A stretch of 32,000 nucleotides of DNA from Cylindrospermopsis raciborskii Cr2010 (GCF_003367075.2 NZ_CP065936.1:630001-662000), one strand, 5' to 3'. Positions 1-10,242 are shown, numbered from the stretch's first letter. A program made the numbers and translations. Notes: generated from the letters alone by a model not told the origin.

Positions 1-288
1 GCAATTGCCCAAAGTTCAGAAACTATTGTGATTTATATGGGTATGCACAATCTTCCCTATATCCTGGAACAGTTGATGGGGGTAGGAATGAGTTCACAAA
101 CTCCTATTGCTTTAGTTCGCTGGGGAACTCGTCTGGAGCAGGAAGAATTAATCGGTGAGTTGGGAACCATTATTCAACAAGTGGCAAAAACGGGATTTAG
201 CGCTCCAGCTATAGCTGTTATTGGCTCAGTAGTAAAAATGCATGGTGTTTTATCCGTTCATCAGGGAGTTTTGAAACCGTCTAATTGA
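1..288 (+). CDS. cobA: Uroporphyrinogen-III C-methyltransferase (SUMT), C-terminal fragment; truncated by window edge
   Basis: Frame 1 is open from base 1 (AIAQSSETIVIYMGMHNLPYILEQLM...). TPIALVRWGT, VGTLxTI-like and PAIAVIGSVVK motifs are typical of the SUMT/tetrapyrrole methylase C-terminus. Confidence 0.8.
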   Translation, partial: AIAQSSETIVIYMGMHNLPYILEQLMGVGMSSQTPIALVRWGTRLEQEELIGELGTIIQQVAKTGFSAPAIAVIGSVVKMHGVLSVHQGVLKPSN

Positions 289-1234
289 TGTTTTCAAAAA
301 TCACTTTCATTAACTCATCTTGATTGAAGGGTTTACCCAAACAAGCAGTAGCTCCTACTAGTCTAGTTATAATTTTATTGATTAAGTTATTTTTCTTGGT
401 TACTAGGATTATTGGTATGCCTTTTGAAGAGAACTGTTTGCATAATAATAAACCAATACCATAGCTGCTGAGCTTGGGCATGGTTACATCCAGAATAATC
501 ATGTCCGGTCTGATGACAGAAACTCCCATCACATCTGGGTCTGTTATATCTATTATGTTAAATATTGTTTGATTTAATAGTTTTCTAATATAGTTTAACA
601 ATACTATATTTTGACTAGCACAAGCAATTGTATAGGTTGGGGAAAGATTTTGGGGATCCAGACCAGATTCTTCTCGGGAAACATGGATTTCTGATTTGTA
701 CTTTTGCACCAAGGAATTGACGTTCAAGTGGCAGAATTTGGGTAGGGGATCTAAAAAGCTTTGAGGAATAAATTCATAGCTCCCTTGGTCAATTTCAAAA
801 AATGATTCTAAAAACTCTAATACTAATTGTTCAATCAGTATCCCTGCCTCTACAAGGCTAATATACTGCTCATCCACTAACCAGCAAATGGCTAAATAGT
901 CCGCATGGGAAATAGTCTGATTTTGTACACATTGTTCCACAAAATTCTCTAACTGCTCATTAATCCTCATCAGATTAGAATTTTGCCAACTTAACCGCTG
1001 CAAATTTCGATAAATCGGCTCCCAGATGTTTTCTGACCGACTAGCGTAAACAAGGTGACCTTCTTGTAAATATATTGACCAGGTTCCAGAAGGGCTAAAA
1101 ACTTGCAAACAACCGGTGGTAGAGTCGTTGACAATTTTCACTAGTATAGATAGAGGTTGTATTTTTTGAAAAAATCTATATCTATTAATAGGGATAGTAG
1201 TTGACATAATTTGTGAGTACGAGTGTAAATACAA
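281..1234 (-). CDS. PatA-like response regulator: N-terminal PATAN/DUF4388-type region plus C-terminal CheY-like receiver
   Basis: C-terminus ...RPDMIILDVTMPKLSSYGIGLLLC...GIPIILVT...GATACLGKPFNQDELM matches receiver motifs (D, T/S, K). N-terminus SGCLQVFSPSGTWSIYLQEGHLVYA-like is typical of PATAN. Confidence 0.8.
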   Translation of the reverse strand: MYLHSYSQIMSTTIPINRYRFFQKIQPLSILVKIVNDSTTGCLQVFSPSGTWSIYLQEGHLVYASRSENIWEPIYRNLQRLSWQNSNLMRINEQLENFVEQCVQNQTISHADYLAICWLVDEQYISLVEAGILIEQLVLEFLESFFEIDQGSYEFIPQSFLDPLPKFCHLNVNSLVQKYKSEIHVSREESGLDPQNLSPTYTIACASQNIVLLNYIRKLLNQTIFNIIDITDPDVMGVSVIRPDMIILDVTMPKLSSYGIGLLLCKQFSSKGIPIILVTKKNNLINKIITRLVGATACLGKPFNQDELMKVIFENIN

Positions 1235-1310
1235 AACTTAACAACACCTGTTAATTATTTCCTTTATCTTCTCTCCCCTATTTATAGCAAAATTAGCGTG
1301 GAATTTTGCT

Positions 1311-2291
1311 ATGATTTGCACAGGATGCTGGCAAAATGGCAAGAACATCGCAAATCACTATTCACTAATTGTGGTTAAAATTCATCTTTCTATTACGCAA
1401 AAAACCCAACGATTAGACCGTTATTTGTCATCTGTAATACCAGATCTATCTCGTTCTCGAATTCAAGACCTAATTGAACAAGGTTATGTCCAGGTAAATG
1501 GAAAAGTCTGTTACTCCAAGAATATTACCCTGGATGGGGGAGAATATCTGGAAGTAGAAATTCCCCCAGTGCAAGCTGCTCAACTAGTAGCACAAGATAT
1601 TCCCCTGGATATTCTCTACGAAGATGAACAATTACTAATTCTCAATAAACCCGCAGGTTTAGTGGTTCATCCAGCACCGGGTCATTTGGAAGGTACGCTA
1701 GTTCATGCTCTGTTGGCCCACTGTCCTAATTTACCAGGAATCGGAGGTGTGCAACGACCCGGTATTGTACATAGGCTTGACAAAGATACTACAGGAGCAA
1801 TTGCCATTGCAAAAACAGACATTGCTTACAAACAATTACAATTACAGTTACAATCTAAGATAGCAAGAAGGGAATATTTAGGAGTAGTTTATGGTGCGCC
1901 TAAAAGTGAAAGTGGGACAATAGACCTACCCATTGGTCGTCACCCTCAGCAGCGGAAAAAAATGGCCATAGTTCCAGTAGAGCAGGGAGGTAGAAATGCA
2001 ATTACTAACTGGCACATTAAAGAAAGATTAGGTAATTATACACTAATTTATTTTCAACTAGAAACTGGGCGTACCCATCAAATTAGAGTGCATAGTGCCA
2101 AAATGGGTCATCCTATAGTGGGGGATCCAGTATATAGTTCTGGTCGTTCCGTGGGGGTAAACTTGCCAGGACAAGCGTTACATGCTTGGCAACTGAAACT
2201 ACAACATCCCACTTCTGGAGAATGGGTAGAAGTAACCGCTCCACTTCCTGATAGCTTGACAAAATTAATCGAGGTTTTACGTCGACGCTGA
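1311..2291 (+). CDS. rluD: RluA/RluD family pseudouridine synthase; true start probably downstream of the listed ATG
   Basis: S4 region (RLDRYLSSVIPDLSRSRIQDLIEQGYVQVNG), catalytic HRLDKDTTG motif, and GRTHQIRVH. Confidence 0.9.
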   Translation: MICTGCWQNGKNIANHYSLIVVKIHLSITQKTQRLDRYLSSVIPDLSRSRIQDLIEQGYVQVNGKVCYSKNITLDGGEYLEVEIPPVQAAQLVAQDIPLDILYEDEQLLILNKPAGLVVHPAPGHLEGTLVHALLAHCPNLPGIGGVQRPGIVHRLDKDTTGAIAIAKTDIAYKQLQLQLQSKIARREYLGVVYGAPKSESGTIDLPIGRHPQQRKKMAIVPVEQGGRNAITNWHIKERLGNYTLIYFQLETGRTHQIRVHSAKMGHPIVGDPVYSSGRSVGVNLPGQALHAWQLKLQHPTSGEWVEVTAPLPDSLTKLIEVLRRR

Positions 2292-2864
2292 GAGATTGGC
2301 TAAAGATGGAGGAATATGGCGAAATATCTCGAAATGTAAAATTTACAATGTCTAGTTCACATTAGTTAATAATGACCACCCTATCCAGATAGGCCAGGAA
2401 CATCAATCCAGTTCAGTCTTGATAGATTTTTACGGAATTCTTAAATTAGTATAAAGGGGACAAAATTCGCCAAATTCTGGAAACTTCATGAAGTTATGTA
2501 ACAAACTCGAGAAACTTTTAGGGGATCTAAGCCTTGTAGATAAAGGGTTTTGGAGGTTTTCTCTCTCTTGACTCATTTATTCATAAATTGTAACAAATAA
2601 AGTATCTATGGCATTGTATAAACTAATCAGAAAGGGGTTCAAAACCAGAGCAAAGTTAAATAAGACAACCAATCGGGTTGAGTTAGCTGGCTTCTCATAA
2701 AATTCCCTGTGGTTCTCAGAATTTCAGTCTGGAGCTAGACGAAACACCAAGACACAGGGGATAGGGAGAAGGTTGGCGCTAATGAGCTCAAAGTTTTTGA
2801 TCATTCATCCCCGGTTGTTTTGATCAGCCCATCTCTCAACTAAGTAATTAGGAGATTAGAGTCC

Positions 2865-3386
2865 ATGACATTAGATGTATTTTCCAAGGTTGTTTCCCAA
2901 GCTGACGCCAGAGGCGAATTTTTGAGCACTGAACAGTTAGACGCTTTAGCAGCAGTTGTAGCTTCCGGCAGCAAACGTCTAGATACTGTTAACCGTATTA
3001 CAAGCAATGCTTCTGCTATCGTTACCGATGCTGCTCGTGCACTGTTTGAAGAACAGCCCCAACTAATTGCTCCTGGTGGTAATGCTTATACCAACCGTCG
3101 CATGGCTGCTTGTCTGCGCGATATGGAAATCATCTTACGCTATGTTACCTACGCTGCATTAGCTGGTGACGCTAGTGTTCTCGATGACCGTTGCTTGAAT
3201 GGCTTACGCGAAACCTATATAGCTTTGGGTACTCCTGGTGCATCCGTAGCTGTTGGTGTTGGCAAAATGAAAGAAGCTGCAATCAAGATAGTTAACGATC
3301 CCAATGGTATTACCAAGGGCGATTGCAGTCAGATAGTTTCTGAATTGGCTGGCTACTTTGATCGTGCAGCAGCAGCTGTTGCGTAA
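2865..3386 (+). CDS. cpcB: C-phycocyanin beta subunit
   Basis: [21 protein letters not shown]...[21 protein letters not shown]...GITKGDCSQ: both beta chromophore cysteines present. First gene of a canonical cpc operon, with RBS-like AGGAG upstream. Confidence 0.98.
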   Translation: MTLDVFSKVVSQADARGEFLSTEQLDALAAVVASGSKRLDTVNRITSNASAIVTDAARALFEEQPQLIAPGGNAYTNRRMAACLRDMEIILRYVTYAALAGDASVLDDRCLNGLRETYIALGTPGASVAVGVGKMKEAAIKIVNDPNGITKGDCSQIVSELAGYFDRAAAAVA

Positions 3387-3483
3387 TTACCTATTCAACT
3401 ACAAGTAGTTCAGAAGCTAGAAATCCTAGTTCTGCTTTATTACTCCCAACAAGATACGAAACCAATCAAGGAGAAAATTAACC

Positions 3484-3972
3484 ATGAAAACCCCCATTAC
3501 CGAAGCTATTGCAGCTGCTGATACCCAAGGACGCTTTTTGAGCAATACCGAATTACAAGCAGTTAACGGTCGTTTTGTACGTGCTGCTGCCAGCATGGAA
3601 GCCGCCCGTGGCTTAACAGCTAATGCTCAAAAACTAATTGATGGTGCTACCAACGCTGTATACCAAAAGTTCCCCTACACCACCTCCACTCCCGGGGCTC
3701 AGTATGCTGCTGATTCTCGTGGTAAATCCAAGTGCGCTCGTGACGTTGGTCACTACCTCCGCATTGTTACTTATAGCTTAGTTGCTGGTGGCACAGGTCC
3801 TTTGGATGAGTTCCTGATTGCTGGTTTGGCTGAAATCAACGGTGCTTTTAACCTATCCCCCAGCTGGTATGTGGAAGCTTTAAAATATATCAAAGCTAAC
3901 CATGGATTGAGCGGTCAAGCTGCTAATGAAGCTAATACCTACATTGACTACGCTATCAACGCTCTAAGCTAG
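3484..3972 (+). CDS. cpcA: C-phycocyanin alpha subunit
   Basis: [24 protein letters not shown]...[29 protein letters not shown]... Confidence 0.98.
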   Translation: MKTPITEAIAAADTQGRFLSNTELQAVNGRFVRAAASMEAARGLTANAQKLIDGATNAVYQKFPYTTSTPGAQYAADSRGKSKCARDVGHYLRIVTYSLVAGGTGPLDEFLIAGLAEINGAFNLSPSWYVEALKYIKANHGLSGQAANEANTYIDYAINALS

Positions 3973-3981
3973 ATAGATCCT

Positions 3982-4100
3982 TGCCCGGAGAGGGGTACAA
4001 GTGCTGGATGAGAAGATCCCTTTGGGGTTTAGTCAGTTGTGCGTGGGGAAGTGAGATTCCTGCGACTGAATCACCTAGCAGTTGAATCTCGCTCCGGGCA
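3982..4100 (+). promoter_or_regulatory. Putative structured intergenic RNA element between cpcA and cpcC
   Basis: Perfect 9-bp arms TGCCCGGAG (3982-3990) and CTCCGGGCA (4092-4100) enclose further inverted repeats, e.g. GAGATTC with GAATCTC. Confidence 0.5.
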
Positions 4101-4133
4101 TAGTTTTATGTATAAATAACCAAGGGGAAAACA

Positions 4134-4994
4134 ATGGCAATTACAACAGCAGCGTCTAGACTGGGAACAGAACCATTTAGCGAAGCGCGTCGGGTTGAGC
4201 TGCGCCCCAGTGCCAGTCGCGAAGAGGTGGAATTGGTTATTAGAACAGCCTATCGGCAAGTATTAGGTAATGACTATATACTAGCTTCGGATAGACTTGT
4301 CAGTGCGGAGTCACTTTTGCGTGATGGCAATTTGACCGTTCGTGAGTTCGTAAGAGCGATCGCTAAATCTGAACTCTACAAAGTAAAGTTCTTCTATAAC
4401 AGCTTTCAGACCAGACTGATAGAGCTGAACTATAAACACCTGTTGGGTAGGGCTCCATTGGATGAGTCAGAAGTGGTATACCACTTAGACTTATATAACA
4501 ACAAAGGGTACGATGCAGAAATCGACTCTTACATAGATTCAGTGGAGTATCAAAACAACTTTGGAGAAAATATAGTTCCCTACTATCGGGGGTTTGATTT
4601 TCAACCAGGGCAAACCAGTGTGGGATTTACACGGATGTTCAGATTATACCGTGGATATGCCAACAGCGACACAGCCCAGGTAGAGGGAAGCAAATCCAGA
4701 TTAGCCAGGGAACTTGCTGGTAAGAAAGCATCTTCCATAGTTGGTCCATCAGGAAGTAATGACAACTGGTCATTCCGTCCATCAGCAGACAATGCTCCCA
4801 AACAGAATTTGGGTAATGCTGTGGGGCAATCTGATCGCGTTTACCGAATTGAAGTAGCAGGCATTCGCAGTCCAGGATACCCCAGCGTGCGCCGCAGCAG
4901 CACAGCATTCATAGTACCTTACGAGCGTCTTTCTGACAAGATTCAGCAAATTCACAAACAAGGTGGAAAAATCGTCAGTATTACAGCCACGTAA
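4134..4994 (+). CDS. cpcC: Phycocyanin-associated rod linker polypeptide
   Basis: PBS linker domain ([25 protein letters not shown]...) plus C-terminal CpcD-like domain (YRIEVAG...[29 protein letters not shown]). Confidence 0.95.
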   Translation: MAITTAASRLGTEPFSEARRVELRPSASREEVELVIRTAYRQVLGNDYILASDRLVSAESLLRDGNLTVREFVRAIAKSELYKVKFFYNSFQTRLIELNYKHLLGRAPLDESEVVYHLDLYNNKGYDAEIDSYIDSVEYQNNFGENIVPYYRGFDFQPGQTSVGFTRMFRLYRGYANSDTAQVEGSKSRLARELAGKKASSIVGPSGSNDNWSFRPSADNAPKQNLGNAVGQSDRVYRIEVAGIRSPGYPSVRRSSTAFIVPYERLSDKIQQIHKQGGKIVSITAT

Positions 4995-5037
4995 GGTAAG
5001 TAGTTGATATTACCCATGAAGAGGAGATAGAGAGGTA

Positions 5038-5280
5038 ATGTTTGGTCAAACAACACTAGGTGCTAGTAGCGTTTCTTCATCTGCAAGTCGTGTATTTCGT
5101 TACGAAGTTGTAGGGTTGAAACAAAACCAAGAAACGGACAAGAACAAATTCAGCATCAGACGCAGTGGTAGTGTGTTTATTACAGTGCCCTACAGTCGGA
5201 TGACAGAAGAAATGCAGCGGATCAACCGACTGGGTGGCAAAATCGTCAAAATTGAAGCCCTGACAGCAGCAGAATCCTAA
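5038..5280 (+). CDS. cpcD: Rod-capping linker polypeptide
   Basis: Small CpcD domain: FRYEVVGLKQN...FSIRRSGSVFITVPYSRMTEEMQRINRLGGKIVKIE. Confidence 0.95.
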   Translation: MFGQTTLGASSVSSSASRVFRYEVVGLKQNQETDKNKFSIRRSGSVFITVPYSRMTEEMQRINRLGGKIVKIEALTAAES

Positions 5281-5290
5281 ATACCTGGTG

Positions 5291-6115
5291 ATGATAGAAC
5301 CCAGTATATCCGAAGTATCTCCGGAAAGTGGGGCACAGTTGACACCAGAGCAAGCCATAGCTAATCTGCAATCATCGGATTTAAGTCTCCGCTATTATGC
5401 CGCCTGGTGGTTGGGTAAGTTCCGTATTAATCAGCCAGAAGCTATAGAGGCGCTAATCAAAGCCTTAACAGATGAAGCTGATAGAACGGAGTTGGGGGGG
5501 TATCCACTCCGACGCAATGCAGCCAGAGCTTTAGGTAAATTAGGGAGTTCCCAGGCTATAGAGGGATTGATTAGTTCCTTAAACTGTGAAGACTTTTATG
5601 TGCGAGAAGCAGCAGCTGAGTCTTTAGCCATGCTTAACGCCAAAACCGCAGTACCGGAACTGATAAAAATGCTAGGTGGGGGTTTGGCCCAAGCTGTGCA
5701 AGTGCCAGGTCGTCCCCATCTAGTTCAACCCTATGAAGCAGTATTAGAGGCTTTGGGTTCTCTTGGTGCGACTGAGGCCATTGGTCTAGTTGAACCCTTT
5801 TTAGAGCATTCCGTTCCCCGAGTAAAATGTGCCGCTGCTAGGGCCATGTATCAACTCACCCAAGATTCCCAATATGGGGAATACTTGGTGGAAATGCTAC
5901 GAAACAGCGACCTGAAATTGCAAAGGGTGATTTTGGGTGATTTGGGGGCAATTGGCTATATAGGTGCTGCGGAAGCGATTTTCCAAGGCAAGGCGGAAAA
6001 TAGCTTTAAACTCATGGCATTAAAGGGATTGTTGGAACATCATTTAAAAGATGTGTCACAAGGTATTTCTGAGTCAGCAATTCTGGTCATGAATCTTATG
6101 GACTCACTTTTATAG
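5291..6115 (+). CDS. cpcE: Phycocyanin alpha phycocyanobilin lyase subunit E (HEAT-repeat)
   Basis: HEAT-repeat protein (LRYYAAWWLGKFRI...PLRRNAARALGKLGS) directly after cpcD. Track start is 5288 (GTG); ATG at 5291 is likelier. Confidence 0.93.
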   Translation: MIEPSISEVSPESGAQLTPEQAIANLQSSDLSLRYYAAWWLGKFRINQPEAIEALIKALTDEADRTELGGYPLRRNAARALGKLGSSQAIEGLISSLNCEDFYVREAAAESLAMLNAKTAVPELIKMLGGGLAQAVQVPGRPHLVQPYEAVLEALGSLGATEAIGLVEPFLEHSVPRVKCAAARAMYQLTQDSQYGEYLVEMLRNSDLKLQRVILGDLGAIGYIGAAEAIFQGKAENSFKLMALKGLLEHHLKDVSQGISESAILVMNLMDSLL

Positions 6116-6140
6116 TCACTAAGTAGGGAGGCATAATTAT

Positions 6141-6210
6141 TTGTAGGATTGGTTAGTGGTAGGGTAACTCGTGGGGGCGTTGGGTTTCGCACTCCTCAAC
6201 CCAACCTACG
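6141..6210. repeat. MITE-like nested palindrome in the cpcE-cpcF intergenic region
   Basis: GTAGG (6143) ... TTGGGTT (6180-6186) TTCGCACTCCTC AACCCAA (6198-6204) CCTAC (6205-6209). Confidence 0.6.
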
Positions 6211-6272
6211 TTCATGTTTAATTCCACTCACCCACTTAGTTCTTATTGACCTTTGAAAAATTACCTAGCATA

Positions 6273-6923
6273 ATGACCCAGGAATTAATTGGTGCATTGG
6301 GTGGGGTGGAGCAATTAAATCAGTTAATTGATGCGGTTAATCAGGCTGAAACACCACTTGAAATGGTAACAGCAGTCAGAAACCTAGCTGCTGCCAAAAG
6401 TCCCGCTGCTATTGCCACCCTAATTGCCGTCTTTGGCTATAATAACCCACCAGCAGCAGGAGTGGCCCTAGCCGCACTTACCGACTTAGGAACAGTAGCA
6501 GTCCCTAGCCTGCTCGCACAAATAGATGATTATAACTATGGCGCACGGGCTTATTCGATTCGCACTCTAGCTGCGATCGCAGATCCCCGTGCTTTAGATG
6601 TATTGATCACTGCTGGGGTGACAGATTTTGCGCCCAGTGTGCGTCGTGCTGCAGCCAAAGGGCTAGGAAACTTAAACTGGTCCCAATTGGGGGATAATGA
6701 ACGTGATTTAGCTATAGAACGAGCTTTGGAGGCACTATTGTTAATTTACCAGGATACAGACTGGTCAATTCGGTATGCAGCCATTGTGGGACTGGAATAC
6801 CTAGGAAAAACCAGAAGGGAGACAATCTTGAACAAATTCCGAGAAATGATAGCTAATGAGGAAGAAAAAAGTATCAGGATTCGGATTCAATTGGCGACCA
6901 GTAAGGTAACTAGAGATAATTAA
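6273..6923 (+). CDS. cpcF: Phycocyanin alpha phycocyanobilin lyase subunit F (HEAT-repeat)
   Basis: MTQELIGALGGVEQLNQLIDAVNQAETPLEMVTAVRNLAAAKSPAAIATLIAVFGYNNP. Track start at 6246 is a TTG; ATG at 6273 is likelier. Confidence 0.93.
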   Translation: MTQELIGALGGVEQLNQLIDAVNQAETPLEMVTAVRNLAAAKSPAAIATLIAVFGYNNPPAAGVALAALTDLGTVAVPSLLAQIDDYNYGARAYSIRTLAAIADPRALDVLITAGVTDFAPSVRRAAAKGLGNLNWSQLGDNERDLAIERALEALLLIYQDTDWSIRYAAIVGLEYLGKTRRETILNKFREMIANEEEKSIRIRIQLATSKVTRDN

Positions 6924-6945
6924 CGATGATTAAAAAGGTAAAAAG

Positions 6946-7785
6946 ATGTCAATACCATTGTTAGAATACTCACCTTCATCACAAAATCAGCGTGTAGAAG
7001 GGTATGAAGTTGCAAATGAAGACACACCCACGGTGTACAAGCTAAATTATGCCACATCAGATCAAGAAATTGATGAGATTATTTGGGCATCATACAGACA
7101 AGTTTTCAGCGAGCATCTGATTTTAACCAGCTATCGGCAAAAGTTTTTAGAATCTCAACTGCGGAATCGGGCAATTAATGTTAGGGACTTCATTAGAGGT
7201 TTAGGAAAATCCGAAGTTTTTCGTACTCAAATAGCAGAAGTTAACTCTAACTATCGGTTAGTAGATATTATCCTGCAGAGATTTTTAGGTAGAAAAGCCT
7301 ACAATAGGGAAGAAGAGATAGCCTGGTCTATAGTAATTGGCACTAAAGGCGTACATGGATTTATTGATGCCCTATTGGAATCTGAAGAGTACATAAACAA
7401 CTTTGGTGATGATATAGTACCCTATCAACGGAGAAGATTTGGGTCACGTCCTTTTAATCTGGTAAATCCTCGCTATAGCTCCTATTGGCGAGATACCCAA
7501 AGTATGCGTGTCCTAGATTATCGTTCCTTCTACAGTGCTCGCACTTATGGTACCGCCACCTCCGAGGATATTCGGAAATCGATTCCAGCTAACTTCTTTG
7601 CCATGGCGGGAAAAATCATTACTCCCGAGCGTAATTACCAAAGAACAATTGCTTCAGTTACTACCCAAATTGGATCCCTGGAAATTCCGGATACATCTAG
7701 GGAAGTTTCCACCCCAGAGGTGACTATTAAACCAGTAGCAGTATCTTTACCCTACAGCTATATCCCACCCATCTCCAAAAATTAG
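6946..7785 (+). CDS. cpcG1: Phycobilisome rod-core linker, CpcG-type, copy 1
   Basis: [22 protein letters not shown]...[16 protein letters not shown]...[12 protein letters not shown]...[34 protein letters not shown]. Confidence 0.93.
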   Translation: MSIPLLEYSPSSQNQRVEGYEVANEDTPTVYKLNYATSDQEIDEIIWASYRQVFSEHLILTSYRQKFLESQLRNRAINVRDFIRGLGKSEVFRTQIAEVNSNYRLVDIILQRFLGRKAYNREEEIAWSIVIGTKGVHGFIDALLESEEYINNFGDDIVPYQRRRFGSRPFNLVNPRYSSYWRDTQSMRVLDYRSFYSARTYGTATSEDIRKSIPANFFAMAGKIITPERNYQRTIASVTTQIGSLEIPDTSREVSTPEVTIKPVAVSLPYSYIPPISKN

Positions 7786-7818
7786 TCATTAGTTAACCAA
7801 CAAAAACAACCCCCTAAT

Positions 7819-8562
7819 ATGGCCATACCCCCACTCCAATACAAACCCAGTTCTCAAAATCAAAGAGTAGCTGGTTACGAAGTACCTAATGAAGACACCC
7901 CCAGAATTTACCGTATAGAAGATTATGCTTTTACTGGTGAGGTGGAAGAGTTAATTTGGGCAGCTTATAGACAATTGTTTAGCGAACATGTAATTCTCAA
8001 ATTCTACCGTCAAGGCAATTTAGAATCCCAGTTAAAAAACAAAGCCATCACCGTGCGGGACTTCGTTCGGGGTTTGGCCAAATCCCAAGCTTTTGACGAT
8101 TTAGTCATTAAGACCAATTCCAATTATCGGTTGGTAGAAATTGCACTGAAACGGTTATTAGGTCGTGCTCCTTATAACAAAGAGGAAGAAATCGCTTGGT
8201 CGATTAAAATTGCCACCAACGGTTGGGATGGTTTTGTAGATGCTCTGGTAGATTCAGAGGAATATCAAAACAGTTTCGGTGAAAACATTATTCCTTACCA
8301 AAGACGGCGCTACAAAGATAGACCCTTTAATTTAGTTACACCTCGTTACGCCAACTACTGGCGCGATAAGATAGAAGCAGGACGTTACAAGCCTGGTAGC
8401 ATTAGTGACTTTATGAAAATGGCTGCTTCCGTGAGTATCAGAACTGTCACTTATACACCTGTGAACACAGCTAACATTGCAATTCCTAAGACCACCAGGG
8501 AAACAGTACCTACAGGCATACCTGTGTCTATTAGCCCCAGTGCTAACTTCCCCGTCAAATAA
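7819..8562 (+). CDS. cpcG2: Phycobilisome rod-core linker, CpcG-type, copy 2
   Basis: Paralog of the preceding ORF: [35 protein letters not shown]... Confidence 0.93.
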   Translation: MAIPPLQYKPSSQNQRVAGYEVPNEDTPRIYRIEDYAFTGEVEELIWAAYRQLFSEHVILKFYRQGNLESQLKNKAITVRDFVRGLAKSQAFDDLVIKTNSNYRLVEIALKRLLGRAPYNKEEEIAWSIKIATNGWDGFVDALVDSEEYQNSFGENIIPYQRRRYKDRPFNLVTPRYANYWRDKIEAGRYKPGSISDFMKMAASVSIRTVTYTPVNTANIAIPKTTRETVPTGIPVSISPSANFPVK

Positions 8563-8631
8563 ATCCCCTAGGTGTGTAACCTAATGGGGGAAAATAATTA
8601 AAGTCAAATTTATCAATCAGAGGAATACAGC

Positions 8632-9393
8632 ATGGTACTGCCATTACTTCAATACAAACCTACTACTCAAAACCACCGTGTTAGCAGTTTCGGTGTTGCC
8701 GATCAAAATGAGGATACACCTTACATCTACCGTTTGGAGGATGTAAGTTCTTATACTGACATTCAATCTATTATCTGGGCATCCTATCGTCAGGTTTTCA
8801 GCGAACACGAGATTTTAAAATTTAACCGCCAAATCACTTTAGAGTCTCAACTCAAGACAGGTTCTTTGTCCGTTAGGGATTTTATTCGTGGGTTAGCCAA
8901 GTCTGAAGCTTTTTATCGTCTAGTTGTTTCGGTTAATAACAACTATCGTTTAGTAGATATTACCCTCAGACGCCTACTAGGTCGTTCCGCTTACAACAAA
9001 GAAGAGGAGATAGCTTGGTCAATTGTCATTGGTACCAAGGGATTTAGTGGTTTTGTTGATGCTTTAGTTGATAGTGAAGAATATACTTCAAGTTTTGGTG
9101 ACAATACAGTACCTTACCAGCGCAAACGGATGGAAGGTCGTCCCTATAATTTAGTCACACCTCGTTATGGTGAGGACTTCCAAGAAACTGCGGGCACGGT
9201 CAGAACAGATTGGCGCTTTGTTTTGGCAAACTTCTACAGCGAGAAAGCCAAAGCAAAACGTCTCAAAGAAGGCGATCCAGGCAGATTTGCAGCTATGGCA
9301 GCTTCTGTGTCTGGTAAGGGCAATTATGCTCAAAGAATCTCTTCTTTTGATATTGACTATTTGAGTGCTGTTCCCTATCGCGGTAGACGCTAA
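8632..9393 (+). CDS. cpcG3: Phycobilisome rod-core linker, CpcG-type, copy 3
   Basis: Third paralog: [37 protein letters not shown]... Confidence 0.92.
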   Translation: MVLPLLQYKPTTQNHRVSSFGVADQNEDTPYIYRLEDVSSYTDIQSIIWASYRQVFSEHEILKFNRQITLESQLKTGSLSVRDFIRGLAKSEAFYRLVVSVNNNYRLVDITLRRLLGRSAYNKEEEIAWSIVIGTKGFSGFVDALVDSEEYTSSFGDNTVPYQRKRMEGRPYNLVTPRYGEDFQETAGTVRTDWRFVLANFYSEKAKAKRLKEGDPGRFAAMAASVSGKGNYAQRISSFDIDYLSAVPYRGRR

Positions 9394-9431
9394 AATCAGC
9401 TGGTTGTATCCGGGATAAAGTTGATTCCACG

Positions 9432-9472
9432 GACTCCATAGCTCCTGCGGATAAATGGGCAGTTATGGAGTC
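9432..9472 (+). terminator. Strong hairpin after the last cpcG; candidate operon terminator or processing element (no T-tract)
   Basis: GACTCCATAGCT (9432-9443) pairs with AGTTATGGAGTC (9461-9472): 12 bp with one G-U, 17-nt loop. Confidence 0.45.
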
Positions 9473-9494
9473 TTACGTGTAAGATATCGAAATT

Positions 9495-10190
9495 ATGATC
9501 AATATAATTTTAGTTCCCCAGGGAGCAGAACACCAAGTAGTTTGTAAGGGAATAAATGGAGCCCACAATGCCAAAATACAGGTTATTGGCATTCCTATAG
9601 GAATATCATCACTCAAACCGTTTCTCAAAAACAATTACCCACACTGGAATCCATACCTAAACCGACAGGTTTTATTAATGGGGTTATGTGGTAGTTTACA
9701 CCCAGATTATGGAGTTGGCAATATTGTACTATATGAAACTTGTATATATGAAACAAATCAAGTAAACCAGATAAATTGCGATGTAAATCTAACCAAGGAT
9801 ATATATAAGCATCTTAGAGATCAGGCATTTTTAGTAAGGGGAGTTAAGGGAATAACGAGTGACACCGTAGTTTCCAAATCTGTGGAAAAGGGGGGTCTGC
9901 ATCGAAAATTTGGGGTTGATGTGGTGGATATGGAAGGATTTGGATTCCTGGAGTTTTTCCAGGGAACAGGGATATCCACCGCCATACTGAGAGTTGTCAG
10001 TGACGACTCCACCCATAACATACCAGACTTGTCTAAAACTATCAACCCCAATGGTTCACTAGAAATTTTACCCTTGCTTATAGCTTTAACTCAACAACCC
10101 ATAGCTGCTAGTCACTTAATTAGCGGTTCATTGCGGGGATTAAAACAATTAGAAAAGTTGGCTAGGTGTTTAGCAACTTGGCAGCAATAA
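9495..10190 (+). CDS. Phosphorylase superfamily / MTA-SAH nucleosidase-like protein
   Basis: LMGLCGSLHPDYGVGNIVLY, GITSDTVV and FGVDVVDMEGFGFLEFFQ...ILRVVSDD resemble purine nucleoside phosphorylase/nucleosidase folds. Confidence 0.65.
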   Translation: MINIILVPQGAEHQVVCKGINGAHNAKIQVIGIPIGISSLKPFLKNNYPHWNPYLNRQVLLMGLCGSLHPDYGVGNIVLYETCIYETNQVNQINCDVNLTKDIYKHLRDQAFLVRGVKGITSDTVVSKSVEKGGLHRKFGVDVVDMEGFGFLEFFQGTGISTAILRVVSDDSTHNIPDLSKTINPNGSLEILPLLIALTQQPIAASHLISGSLRGLKQLEKLARCLATWQQ

Positions 10191-10242
10191 GTCTCTGAGG
10201 TATGACTTTAGCTAGAACGCTGATTAAAGAATAATTTCATAT

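Noticed and set aside
4071-4259. Minus-strand ORF of 62 aa
   Set aside because: Antisense to the 5' end of cpcC and its leader; composition is not protein-like.
4601-4908. Two overlapping minus-strand ORFs (66 and 89 aa)
   Set aside because: Fully antisense to cpcC, which is a strongly supported gene.
5077-5358. Minus-strand 93-aa ORF
   Set aside because: Antisense to cpcD and the cpcE start; low-quality composition.
7535-7723. Minus-strand 62-aa ORF
   Set aside because: Antisense within cpcG1.
9151-9364. ORFs on both strands (60 and 65 aa)
   Set aside because: Shadow frames of the third cpcG gene.
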